Origin: Promethearchaeati archaeon | Lineage (GTDB): Archaea > Asgardarchaeota > Heimdallarchaeia > Heimdallarchaeales > Heimdallarchaeaceae | DNA length: 64,000 nucleotides | Reading direction: 5' to 3' | NCBI GenBank assembly: GCA_013166775.1 | Contig: JABLTJ010000004.1 | Location: forward strand, 64,001 to 128,000 | In this document: piece after piece, positions 39,386-48,213 of the stretch | Position numbering within the stretch: position 1 is the first letter of the stretch | Layout: each line of letters begins with the position of its first letter | Notes under the pieces: generated by a model | Told to the model about the DNA's origin: nothing | What the model saw: only the letters and a program-made list of their open reading frames with translations | Databases searched by the model: none | Position numbers and translations under genes: made by a program

Positions 39386-40177
39386 ATGGTGATAGACTTG
39401 TCAGACGAAGGCATATCAGTTAGTGACGCAATAAAAATTACTGAATTAGAGAACCAAGTACAAAATCTTCTAAACAAAGTCGAAGAACTCGAAAATATCA
39501 AGAAGGAATTAGAAGAAAAGAGCAGTAATCTAGAACAAGAACTCAATGATTTAAAAGAAAGATCTGCTGCGTTAAATGAAATTGAAAGCGCAAAAGCTAA
39601 TCTTGAAACTGAATTAGAAAATCTCAAACAAGAGAATTCTCAACTTAAAGAAGATAAAGAGAATTTAAATAATGAGTTTCAGGAGCTCAAGAATGAAACG
39701 ATGAGAAAAGATACTGAAATCTCAAATGTTAAGAGGGAATTTGAAACAAAAAGCGAAGGAATTCAAGAAAAAGAACACACCATTGAAAAGCTGAAAGAAA
39801 ATGTAGCTGAAATGGAGAGTATTAAAACAGAGCTTGAAGCGCAAGTTGAACAACTCAGAGATGAAAAAGCAACCATCGAAAATAAATATAATGAACTATT
39901 AACAGATTCATCTAGATTAGAACAAATAAAGGATGATTTAAGAAAGAAAGAGGAAGTTCTCAAGAGATTCCAAATCATCGCCGAATCTGATCCATCTTAC
40001 AGTTGGCTCTCAACTCTAGAACAATATAAAGTTATAGAACTTAAGAGGTTAGCAATGTCAACAGGATCTTCAACACATGCTATTCTAAAATACGTTAGAT
40101 TACTTGAACGAGCAGGTCTTGTAGATATAGAAATGCATGGAAAAGATGATCCAAATCCAACTATAAAGCTAAAGTAG
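39386..40177 (+). CDS. Long coiled-coil protein with C-terminal winged-helix domain
   Basis: ~190 aa of heptad repeats, then DP.Y..L..L....ELKRLAMSTG.....KYVRLLERAGLVDI. Confidence 0.75.
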   Translation: MVIDLSDEGISVSDAIKITELENQVQNLLNKVEELENIKKELEEKSSNLEQELNDLKERSAALNEIESAKANLETELENLKQENSQLKEDKENLNNEFQELKNETMRKDTEISNVKREFETKSEGIQEKEHTIEKLKENVAEMESIKTELEAQVEQLRDEKATIENKYNELLTDSSRLEQIKDDLRKKEEVLKRFQIIAESDPSYSWLSTLEQYKVIELKRLAMSTGSSTHAILKYVRLLERAGLVDIEMHGKDDPNPTIKLK

Positions 40178-40226
40178 TTTTTTTCTAATTTTTTTTTCAG
40201 TATTTTTTTAATATTTTTTTTGTTTT
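40178..40226 (+). terminator. Oligo-T archaeal terminator region
   Basis: Four T-tracts of 7-9 nt immediately after the stop at 40177. Confidence 0.55.
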
Positions 40227-40267
40227 ATCTTATTTTTCACAACATTATTGTTTTAAAGAGAGGAATA

Positions 40268-40444
40268 ATGATTACCATGAATAAAATGAATAAAGTTGAA
40301 ATAAGAGTCAATGATAATCAAGTTCCTTTAAATCAGTATGTTACAACCCTAGTATCTAAACTTGTATTAGCTATAGTTGATTCTCTAAAAGGAATTGAAG
40401 AAGAAGATATAGAAAATGTTAACATAACAGTAAATTATATTTAG
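40268..40444 (+). CDS. Small protein resembling the archaeal MobB C-terminal domain
   Basis: VEIRVND..VPLNQYV..LV..LV.AIV.SLKGI pattern. Confidence 0.6.
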   Translation: MITMNKMNKVEIRVNDNQVPLNQYVTTLVSKLVLAIVDSLKGIEEEDIENVNITVNYI

Positions 40445-40492
40445 TATATTTCACCAAAAAAATTTAAAACATACTTATTATCTTCTTTCCCT

Positions 40493-41443
40493 ATGGAACC
40501 TAAACAATTTTCTAAAAAAGAAATTGTGATATCATATATCAAAATGCTTAGATTAGTAAATGGAATTGTTGCAGGGACTGCAGCAACTTTTGGAATCGTT
40601 CTCTCTTTACCTTCTGGTGTGAAAGTAAACTTTGCGACTTTGGCTTTGGTTATTATAGCAACCATGCTTGTTTCTTCTCAAGCTATGATTTTTAATGATA
40701 TTGCAGATAGAGAAGAAGATGCAATTAATGCACCACATAGACCTCTTCCTTCAGGAAAGATATCTTTAAAGACAGCGAAGATATATGGTGTAATTATCGC
40801 GACTTTAGCATTAGTTTTAGCGGTCGTAATTGATGTTATCAACAATCTCTATGGATTAAGTGTTGCAACCGCAATAGTGTTTGGGGGATCTTTAGACTTA
40901 TATAATTTCAAGCTAAAGAAACTTGGTTTTTGGGGGAATTTAACAATAGGTATAAATGTCGTTGCTTTGTTCTTTTATGGCTCACTTCATACTTATTTGA
41001 TTCATCCTGGAGTAGGTATAGCATGGGTTCCTATCTGTGTAGGCTTCTGTGCTGGATCTGGAAATGTTGGTAGGGAAGTCATTAAAGGATTACCTGATAT
41101 TGAAGGAGATAGAGAAGCAGGTGTTAGAACAGTTGCAGTAAAATTCGGTTCAAAGACAACAGCTATTATAGGTTCTCTTTTTCTATGGGGGTTAGTTGCT
41201 GGAGCCTTGATAGCAGCAATATTACCTATGTATCTACCAAGTCCTGAACCTCTATATTTAGTCAGTCAAATCTTAGTCTGTCTGATAGCAGCCTTAGCAT
41301 CATTTCTAGCAATTGCTATACTTTTCAATCAAAAACCTAAATGGGCTTACACAACAAAAGAAATACTTCTATTTGTATTTCTAGCTTTCTTACTTGTCTT
41401 CATAATAGATAAAATAGTTAAACTAGCTATCGGAGCTAGTTAA
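40493..41443 (+). CDS. UbiA-family prenyltransferase, digeranylgeranylglyceryl phosphate synthase
   Basis: NDIADREEDAINAPHRPLPSG, YN..LK, REVIKGLPDIEGD. Confidence 0.88.
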   Translation: MEPKQFSKKEIVISYIKMLRLVNGIVAGTAATFGIVLSLPSGVKVNFATLALVIIATMLVSSQAMIFNDIADREEDAINAPHRPLPSGKISLKTAKIYGVIIATLALVLAVVIDVINNLYGLSVATAIVFGGSLDLYNFKLKKLGFWGNLTIGINVVALFFYGSLHTYLIHPGVGIAWVPICVGFCAGSGNVGREVIKGLPDIEGDREAGVRTVAVKFGSKTTAIIGSLFLWGLVAGALIAAILPMYLPSPEPLYLVSQILVCLIAALASFLAIAILFNQKPKWAYTTKEILLFVFLAFLLVFIIDKIVKLAIGAS

Positions 41444-41446
41444 TTT

Positions 41447-41719
41447 TTATCTTTTTCTGATAACTTGGAAAACTACAGGATTAAAAGCATCAGGACATGC
41501 ATGAGTAGATACATCTTTATCTTCTAACCAGGGAAACTCAGCACCATAAGCCATAGCATATATTTTTGGTAAAACTGAATAAAGTGCATGTAAGCAAATT
41601 TTCCCATTTATTTCGTTTGTTTCAAAATTAAAAATAATTTCATCGCCTACACTATGACCTGCCACACAATGACCCTTTTGTTCAACAACTTTCAAGATTA
41701 TTTCATGTGCCATATTCAT
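41447..41719 (-). CDS. TIGR04076-family protein
   Basis: KGHCVAGH.VGD, ICLHA, CPD..NPVVF. Confidence 0.8.
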   Translation of the reverse strand: MNMAHEIILKVVEQKGHCVAGHSVGDEIIFNFETNEINGKICLHALYSVLPKIYAMAYGAEFPWLEDKDVSTHACPDAFNPVVFQVIRKR

Positions 41720-41757
41720 GCTTCATGTTTTAGATTTAAATAGTTATTCCCGAATTA

Positions 41758-42840
41758 TTGTATATGGTTGAGAAATTTCGAAGTGATATAATCATTGAAG
41801 GGAGTGGTTTATCAGCTTCTGCATTAGCATATTATATTTCTCTTCATAATGATGATGATGTAATTATTTTGATTCAGGGGGAAACAAAAGAAACTGATAT
41901 ACCAAATTTCACTCCAGGATTCAGTTTTCCACAATTTGATTTGCCTGTGGATTCAATGGGTAATATTTTCAGAAAGACCAAAGATAATCTAAGAGATCTT
42001 CATTCAATATCAGGATTGTTTGAGTTTTCAATAAATCCGCTAGTTACAACGTATAGAGGAAGAAATTTTCAGAAATTGATGGAGAATCATAAGGAAAAAC
42101 TTGGAAAAACAAATATCAAACACAATTTATTGGATATTGAAGATATTTCTAACTATTATCCCTTTATTTCTCGTCAAGAGGAAATATATCTTTTGGAGAT
42201 ATTTGATTCAATAACATGTGCAAATATCAATGAATTATCCCATGCTTTTCAGAAGTTTGCAGAAGAAAATAATGTTATTATAACAAAAGAATCTGGAAAC
42301 CTAAGACTAGATGTGAAAAGTTGCCAATTACTATCAGAAGAGAGCAGCTATACAGCTAATAAGAATATCACAATTACGTCAAAACAACTATTTTCTTCTT
42401 CCTTTCATGAAGAATTTTTTGCTCTAGATATCTCGACACCAGTCTTTGAAAAATTTCCTAGAATTAATCTAATTGATTTCAACAACAAATCCTGTATGTG
42501 GTTGGAAGAAGCGGGTTATTTTCATATCTTTAGACTGTTTGATGTCGACGATGAAGAACGTAATAGAAAACAAGTAGAGAAAGATTTTGAAAAAATCTTT
42601 CCACATCTTGGAATACTTGAAATTGCTGATTCCAGCTTTGTTAAGTTAATGCAATGTAATAATCTGAGTAAATCACTTGGAACTTTAAGTTCCACCAACA
42701 TTCATTACTTCTCACTCCCAGTAGAGTCTGAGCTTTCATTGATTACAATTCTTGCAGAGAATTATTCATATTTAATTGCTGCTGATAGATTAAAGGAAAA
42801 TGGAGAGTTTAATTTTCTCAATCTGGCAACAAAAGACTGA
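41758..42840 (+). CDS. Divergent FAD-dependent oxidoreductase-like protein (DAO/sarcosine oxidase fold)
   Basis: DIIIEGSGLSASALAYY Rossmann start; ..I...YPFI; FP.L; size 360 aa. Confidence 0.55.
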   Translation: MYMVEKFRSDIIIEGSGLSASALAYYISLHNDDDVIILIQGETKETDIPNFTPGFSFPQFDLPVDSMGNIFRKTKDNLRDLHSISGLFEFSINPLVTTYRGRNFQKLMENHKEKLGKTNIKHNLLDIEDISNYYPFISRQEEIYLLEIFDSITCANINELSHAFQKFAEENNVIITKESGNLRLDVKSCQLLSEESSYTANKNITITSKQLFSSSFHEEFFALDISTPVFEKFPRINLIDFNNKSCMWLEEAGYFHIFRLFDVDDEERNRKQVEKDFEKIFPHLGILEIADSSFVKLMQCNNLSKSLGTLSSTNIHYFSLPVESELSLITILAENYSYLIAADRLKENGEFNFLNLATKD

Positions 42841-42853
42841 TTTCCAGATTCAA

Positions 42854-45211
42854 CTAATTTACCATTTCTTCTAAGAATTCACTGTACTTAATTAGATTAT
42901 CTTGACAATATCTTCTTATTACCCTTGTATGTGATTTAACGATTAGGTTATTTAGAAACTTTAGTTTCTTATTTTTCTTTATTGTATTCAGAATACCAAC
43001 AACGATTTCAGCTTTTAATCCCTTAGATTTCTCAATGAATTGCTTCCTTGATTTCGCAGTCATTTTAGTTAGCCCTTTAACTATACCATCGACACTATCT
43101 ACACCTAAATAATTTAATGAAGAAATTCCAACCCTAGCATTACCTTCAACTATCTGGTTGACTGTTTCTTGTATTATTTCAATATCCTGAGCAATAGCAA
43201 GGAGAAGTATTAATCGTTCTTTTGCTTTTTTGTTCCTTTCCTTTTGGAAGAATTTCCTCAATGGTTGAATCGCTGATTTTTCCATTTTTTCGATTATTTT
43301 TCGAAGATTATTGAACCATTTATCCTCAGCACTTTTTAGATTAGGAAGAATCAATTCGAGTGTTTTACTTTCCATTTTGCTTAATGCACTTATGGTAGAC
43401 TTTACAAGATGCTGATTTGAAGAAGTTAATTGTTGGGAGAGTTTCTTTACAATGGGAGAACCTATTTTTACTGCAGCATAAATTGAAGCTTCTCTGACCA
43501 ATTCTTTAGATCTCTTCATATTATTAATAATAACATCAATAACGCCTGGATCTTGCAATTCACCTAGAGCTCTTGTTGAAATTTCTGCTATACCGTCATC
43601 ATTATCTTTTGCAGCTTTTATTAATGAAATGAGAGCTCTCTTACTTTTTATTTTTCGTAAAGATTCAACAGCTTTTCGTCTTAATTTAATATTAGGGTCT
43701 GATAAGATTGATGAGAGGATAGGAACTGATTTAGTACCAAGATGAGACAACAAATCACAAGATTTTTCTCTAATTTCTGGATCTATCTCCTTCAAGGATT
43801 TAGTTAATAAATCGAAGATTTCGTCGTCTTTAGATCTTATTTTTCCTTTATGGAGAGCGAATGAATAACCTAGTTCTTGCAGTTCTTCTGATGGGTAGTA
43901 TAGAAATAGTATAATTCCAAGTTTCACACCTTGAGTAAGATTACTTTCAAGAAATCCATCTAGTGCGAGTTCGATATTATCTGTACCAAAATAATGTAAA
44001 ACCTCCACTGCATTTTTCCTAAGTTGTAAGTCATCATCAATCAGTTCTTCAATTAAAACCTTTATTGAGGGAGTGCCTAAAGTGAGTAGAGCTTGAGTAA
44101 CAGCTTCAAGAATCGATGGATTCTTTCCTGCTAGTTGAGTTGTTAATAATCTTATTGCTCCTTCGTAACCATACTTTTGACTCATAACCAGAGTTAAACA
44201 CTGTGCTGCGTTTCTCCTAACATTCCTTTTACCTTTTTGGAGAGCACTCATTAGATAATCATAACTCGATTCACCTATTCTTTTCATAGATTCAATTATG
44301 TAAGGAACGTTTCTATCTTTTTCAAGGGCAGTAATCAAACTTGGAAGTGCTCCATTGCCAATTAAGGCTAGAGACCTTGCAGCATAATACGCAGCGGGAT
44401 CACCCTTTTCAAATTGGTTTACAAGTATCCCAATAGCTTTTTCACTCCCTAGATTCCCTAATGCTTCAATAATAGCTAATTGTGTATCTATAGAGTCCTT
44501 GAAATTTGAGAGTCTCGTGATTAAAACATCAACATGCTTTTGATTATCTAGATGCATCAAAATAATTGAACCATATTTAATATGCTCTTCAACATTGGAA
44601 GTCAGAATTATTTCACGAACTTGCTTTACGAAAAGATACGTAAGTTCAGGAAATTGAGTGATTGTGAGAAGAGTAAGTTCGGTGAAAATAGGATTAGTTT
44701 GCTTTAATCTATAAGAGAGAATTTTCTTTATTTCCTTAGATTGCTCATCAATAAATTGAAAATTAATGAAAGTGTCATCATAATTTGATAAGGAAGAATG
44801 ACAGGTTCTGATGGCAATTTCAGTTAGAGTCGCTAGAACAGGTGTAACTATTTGTGCTTTACTAATAGCAGAAAAAATCTTCTTTGCTTGAAGTGTAGAA
44901 AGTATTTCGAAGAATAATTCAAAACTCTCATCCTTGATTAAATATGTATGAATAATAGGAATAAAATACTGAAGTTTATTGACTATAACAGCTTTTATTA
45001 GATTGTCATGATTTTTAAGATATTCTTGGATTATCTTGTCCGTTGGAATATAATCCGTACTAAATAATAATTTTGTAGCATTTACTCTAACTAGCGTATC
45101 CTTATCAGTTAGAAAATTGATCAATAAATAATAATCTTTAATGTTTTCTAGGCTTATTTTTTCTACTTTTTCTTCTTTCAAGAGGAGTCTTTTGAGCTCT
45201 TCTTCATTCAA
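42854..45211 (-). CDS. HEAT-repeat (alpha-solenoid) protein
   Basis: Repeated LxDxDxxVRxxA..LG units, e.g. LSDPNIKLRRKAVESL, LIDDDLQLRKNAVEVL. Confidence 0.88.
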   Translation of the reverse strand: MNEEELKRLLLKEEKVEKISLENIKDYYLLINFLTDKDTLVRVNATKLLFSTDYIPTDKIIQEYLKNHDNLIKAVIVNKLQYFIPIIHTYLIKDESFELFFEILSTLQAKKIFSAISKAQIVTPVLATLTEIAIRTCHSSLSNYDDTFINFQFIDEQSKEIKKILSYRLKQTNPIFTELTLLTITQFPELTYLFVKQVREIILTSNVEEHIKYGSIILMHLDNQKHVDVLITRLSNFKDSIDTQLAIIEALGNLGSEKAIGILVNQFEKGDPAAYYAARSLALIGNGALPSLITALEKDRNVPYIIESMKRIGESSYDYLMSALQKGKRNVRRNAAQCLTLVMSQKYGYEGAIRLLTTQLAGKNPSILEAVTQALLTLGTPSIKVLIEELIDDDLQLRKNAVEVLHYFGTDNIELALDGFLESNLTQGVKLGIILFLYYPSEELQELGYSFALHKGKIRSKDDEIFDLLTKSLKEIDPEIREKSCDLLSHLGTKSVPILSSILSDPNIKLRRKAVESLRKIKSKRALISLIKAAKDNDDGIAEISTRALGELQDPGVIDVIINNMKRSKELVREASIYAAVKIGSPIVKKLSQQLTSSNQHLVKSTISALSKMESKTLELILPNLKSAEDKWFNNLRKIIEKMEKSAIQPLRKFFQKERNKKAKERLILLLAIAQDIEIIQETVNQIVEGNARVGISSLNYLGVDSVDGIVKGLTKMTAKSRKQFIEKSKGLKAEIVVGILNTIKKNKKLKFLNNLIVKSHTRVIRRYCQDNLIKYSEFLEEMVN

Positions 45212-45798
45212 GTAGTCTGCCCCCTCTGCTTCTTGCGGTACTTAATGAAATCTATAATTCCAGAACCAAGATTCTCAAAAACTTCTTGAACATTTTCTCC
45301 AGTTCTTGCAGAAGTTTCATAGTATTTAACTTTGAATCCTTTAGATTTGTATTTCTTATTTAAATCTTGAACGTATGCTAATGCTTTTTCTTTTACATTT
45401 ACTCGTTTTGTTTTAGAAAGAAGGTCCATTTTGTTACCTAAAACATAGAATGGAACAATACCTCTTTCTGTACCTATTTCTAATTCTTTCACCCATCTAT
45501 CTAAAGTTTTTAGTGTAGAAATTTTCGTAGCGTCAAAAACCATTAATGCACCTAAAGTTCCCCTATAATACAACATACGAACTTTCTCGAAAATTTCTTG
45601 ACCAGCAATGTCCCAGATTTGAAATAAAACTGAATAATCGTAAATTTCTTTTGGTAAAGAAGCAAAATCAGCTCCAATTGTTTCAAGATGTTTTGTGATA
45701 AAACCTTCCCCCAAATACGAACGTCTTAGACTTGTTTTTCCAACCGCTGCTTCTCCTGCTAAGATGACCTTTAAAAATAGTTTTTGACCATAGCTCAC
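45208..45798 (-). CDS. Rab-like small GTPase
   Basis: G1 GEAAVGKTS, G2 TIGADF, G3 WDIAGQE, YYRG, G4 NKMD, G5 SAR. Confidence 0.93.
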   Translation of the reverse strand: MSYGQKLFLKVILAGEAAVGKTSLRRSYLGEGFITKHLETIGADFASLPKEIYDYSVLFQIWDIAGQEIFEKVRMLYYRGTLGALMVFDATKISTLKTLDRWVKELEIGTERGIVPFYVLGNKMDLLSKTKRVNVKEKALAYVQDLNKKYKSKGFKVKYYETSARTGENVQEVFENLGSGIIDFIKYRKKQRGQTT

Positions 45799-45800
45799 TG

Positions 45801-47570
45801 TTATCCCGTCTCACTAGTTATATTGTTTTTAGATAAATGCTTTGTTCGTCCTAGTTTATTATTAATAAAATTGAAAACAGCTGAAAGAGGGAGTAAGAAT
45901 GAATAAATCAAATATAATGCACCTAAAGCTGTAATCAACAATACAAGAATTTCTCCATTAAGAATTAAACCTAAATTAGGTGTAAGCAACATCCCTAAAA
46001 CGAAATTGTTTACTACATGTAAGAAAATAGCTGCATGTAAACCATACTTATAGAAAGCATATCCAAAGATTAATCCAGCTACTGCAGCTTGGAAAATCTT
46101 CCCTTCTTGCCAATAAGGATAACCTAATTGATAGTGTACATACCCGAAACTATAGGATGAAAAGAGAAGAAAAAGAAAATCAATTAATCCTAATTTCTTC
46201 CAGCGTCCTGTTAGGTAAAAGAGGGGATTCTTAGGTTTTTTTTCAAATATATATCTTGCAACTCTAGACGAATTTGAATGATTTTTTTTGTTTCTTTTAA
46301 TCATTATTTGTGATAATTTTATTATTCCATAAAAAATACCATTTAGAATAAACAGAGGTAGTCCAAACAAAAGAAAACGATATGTTATTTCTTCATTAAA
46401 ACCAGCCCAATATAATTGTGATAACTGTACGTATAGTACATCATAATTGATATCTATTTGTGAAGCTATGGGTATTCCTAAATTAAGAAGAATAATGATT
46501 ATGAATGAAGCTAAAGCTAGATTTAAGCAAGCCAAGTTCATTACAGGAATTATATCACTGACCATTATTCGTTTGAAGAATTTCTCTGTTCTATTTTTCG
46601 AGGTTCCAGGCAAAGTTGATGGAGGGCTATATTCCTTTGGCTGAATATCAGGAGAGAGAATGTTGAATGCTATATCATCCATTGATTCTTCAGGAGAAAA
46701 ATCTCCAGCATCAGATGGTACTTCCTCTAATGACAGTTTTTTGTCCTTTCTAGGTAAGTAGAATAATAGAATAGTAATACCGAAGAGAGCAAAACACATT
46801 AAAGATTGAGTAAGTTTCCAATCAACGATAAATTTTGATGGAATTGAGGTTGATACAAAAAATTCTTGTCTAAAACCCAACTCAGCTTTGTAAGAGTAAA
46901 AGAAATTAGGATAAGTAAAAGAAAGATTTGCGACAACTGTATCAGAAGGTATTGAAGGAAAGACGATGAAAACAAGAAAATTAGAAACAACAAGCATTAT
47001 TGCTACAACAACCATACTATTTTTCCACAGTTTATTTATGGAATACTGAGATTGTTTAACAAGTGATCCCAAACCAATTTTCCTATCATCTGGTAAGATG
47101 ATTTCTTTATGGATCAGTAATCCAAGATGCTGTTCAATTTTCGGATAGGTGAAGATTCCAATTAGAGAGCTCAATATAGCTATTTGTAGAAATTGAAGTA
47201 GGTTAGTAGAGACTGTGATTAGGATAAAATTATCTCTGAAAATTGTTAAATAGACAATAATAGTATAAATCAGAATAATACCAAATAAAGGTAAGAAGAA
47301 TTTAAACAGATGAGTGAGTGCATTATCACCTTGATCCTTTTTATTTATTATAAACCATCTTCGAATTTTCCAACCATATAAAATGTAAAAGATTACTGAA
47401 ATGAAATAAATTACTATAGAAATTATGAAGCCTTGTTCTAGGTAGTAGAAGCCGAAATCAATATCATTGGCAGAGAATAAGGTAATCATAGTGTTTAATG
47501 CAGATAAAGCAAGAATGAAAACAGGAATAAAGAGTGTGTCAAGAATCATTCTACTGATATTCTTCCGCAT
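45801..47570 (-). CDS. CPBP (Abi/Rce1-like CAAX) intramembrane glutamic protease with multi-TM N-terminal extension
   Basis: EEITYR, FGYVH, HVVNN motifs; more than 10 TM segments. Confidence 0.85.
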   Translation of the reverse strand: MRKNISRMILDTLFIPVFILALSALNTMITLFSANDIDFGFYYLEQGFIISIVIYFISVIFYILYGWKIRRWFIINKKDQGDNALTHLFKFFLPLFGIILIYTIIVYLTIFRDNFILITVSTNLLQFLQIAILSSLIGIFTYPKIEQHLGLLIHKEIILPDDRKIGLGSLVKQSQYSINKLWKNSMVVVAIMLVVSNFLVFIVFPSIPSDTVVANLSFTYPNFFYSYKAELGFRQEFFVSTSIPSKFIVDWKLTQSLMCFALFGITILLFYLPRKDKKLSLEEVPSDAGDFSPEESMDDIAFNILSPDIQPKEYSPPSTLPGTSKNRTEKFFKRIMVSDIIPVMNLACLNLALASFIIIILLNLGIPIASQIDINYDVLYVQLSQLYWAGFNEEITYRFLLFGLPLFILNGIFYGIIKLSQIMIKRNKKNHSNSSRVARYIFEKKPKNPLFYLTGRWKKLGLIDFLFLLFSSYSFGYVHYQLGYPYWQEGKIFQAAVAGLIFGYAFYKYGLHAAIFLHVVNNFVLGMLLTPNLGLILNGEILVLLITALGALYLIYSFLLPLSAVFNFINNKLGRTKHLSKNNITSETG

Positions 47571-47736
47571 TTTAATGACCTTTAAATATTATTACTTAAA
47601 GTTCTTTTCAGTCTTTAGGTATTTATGAATTTTTGATATCCAATAGTTTAAGGAAAAGCTTTTAAACATGAATACGACTTTTTGTTCTAATTCAAACATA
47701 AGCAAACTAAAGACAACCGATTTACAGGTGTATTAT

Positions 47737-48156
47737 ATGAGCAAGAAAAAGAAAGATGAAAAAGAAGAAGTAGTTGAAGAGGAAGTCGAAGAAGAAGTAG
47801 GTGAAGAGGAAGCTGAAGAAAAAATAGTTGAAGAAGCAAAGAAAAAGAAGAAACCTGCTCCTAAAGCTAGAAGTGAAGAAGAGCGTCAAATAATCTACAT
47901 CGGTAAGAAGAACACCATTAGCTATGTTCTCGTTGCTGTAACTATATTAAATAAGCATGATAACTGTAATATCCAAGCGAGAGGAAGGCAAATCTCTAAA
48001 GCAGTTGATGTTGCAGAGATTACTCGCAGAAAATTCTTACAAGACATAGTTGAAGTAAGTGGTGTTATTATTGGTTCTGAAGATATCGCAAGTGATATAG
48101 AAGGAATGCCACCTAAGACTGTCTCTACAATTGAGATAATTATGAAGAAAAAATAG
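47737..48156 (+). CDS. albA: DNA/RNA-binding protein Alba with acidic N-terminal extension
   Basis: IYIGKK...YV, ARGRQISKAVDVAEI.RRKF, VSTIEI; AGGTG RBS before ATG 47737. Confidence 0.92.
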   Translation: MSKKKKDEKEEVVEEEVEEEVGEEEAEEKIVEEAKKKKKPAPKARSEEERQIIYIGKKNTISYVLVAVTILNKHDNCNIQARGRQISKAVDVAEITRRKFLQDIVEVSGVIIGSEDIASDIEGMPPKTVSTIEIIMKKK

Positions 48157-48213
48157 CAAAGTAAGATTCACTTAATAGAATTTTTTTCTTTAATTTTTTA
48201 TATATAATTGATG

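Noticed and set aside
40493-41443. UbiA gene as a protein prenyltransferase for the nearby GTPases
   Set aside because: Motifs fit the lipid DGGGP synthase; protein prenyltransferases are an unrelated fold; both GTPases lack C-terminal Cys
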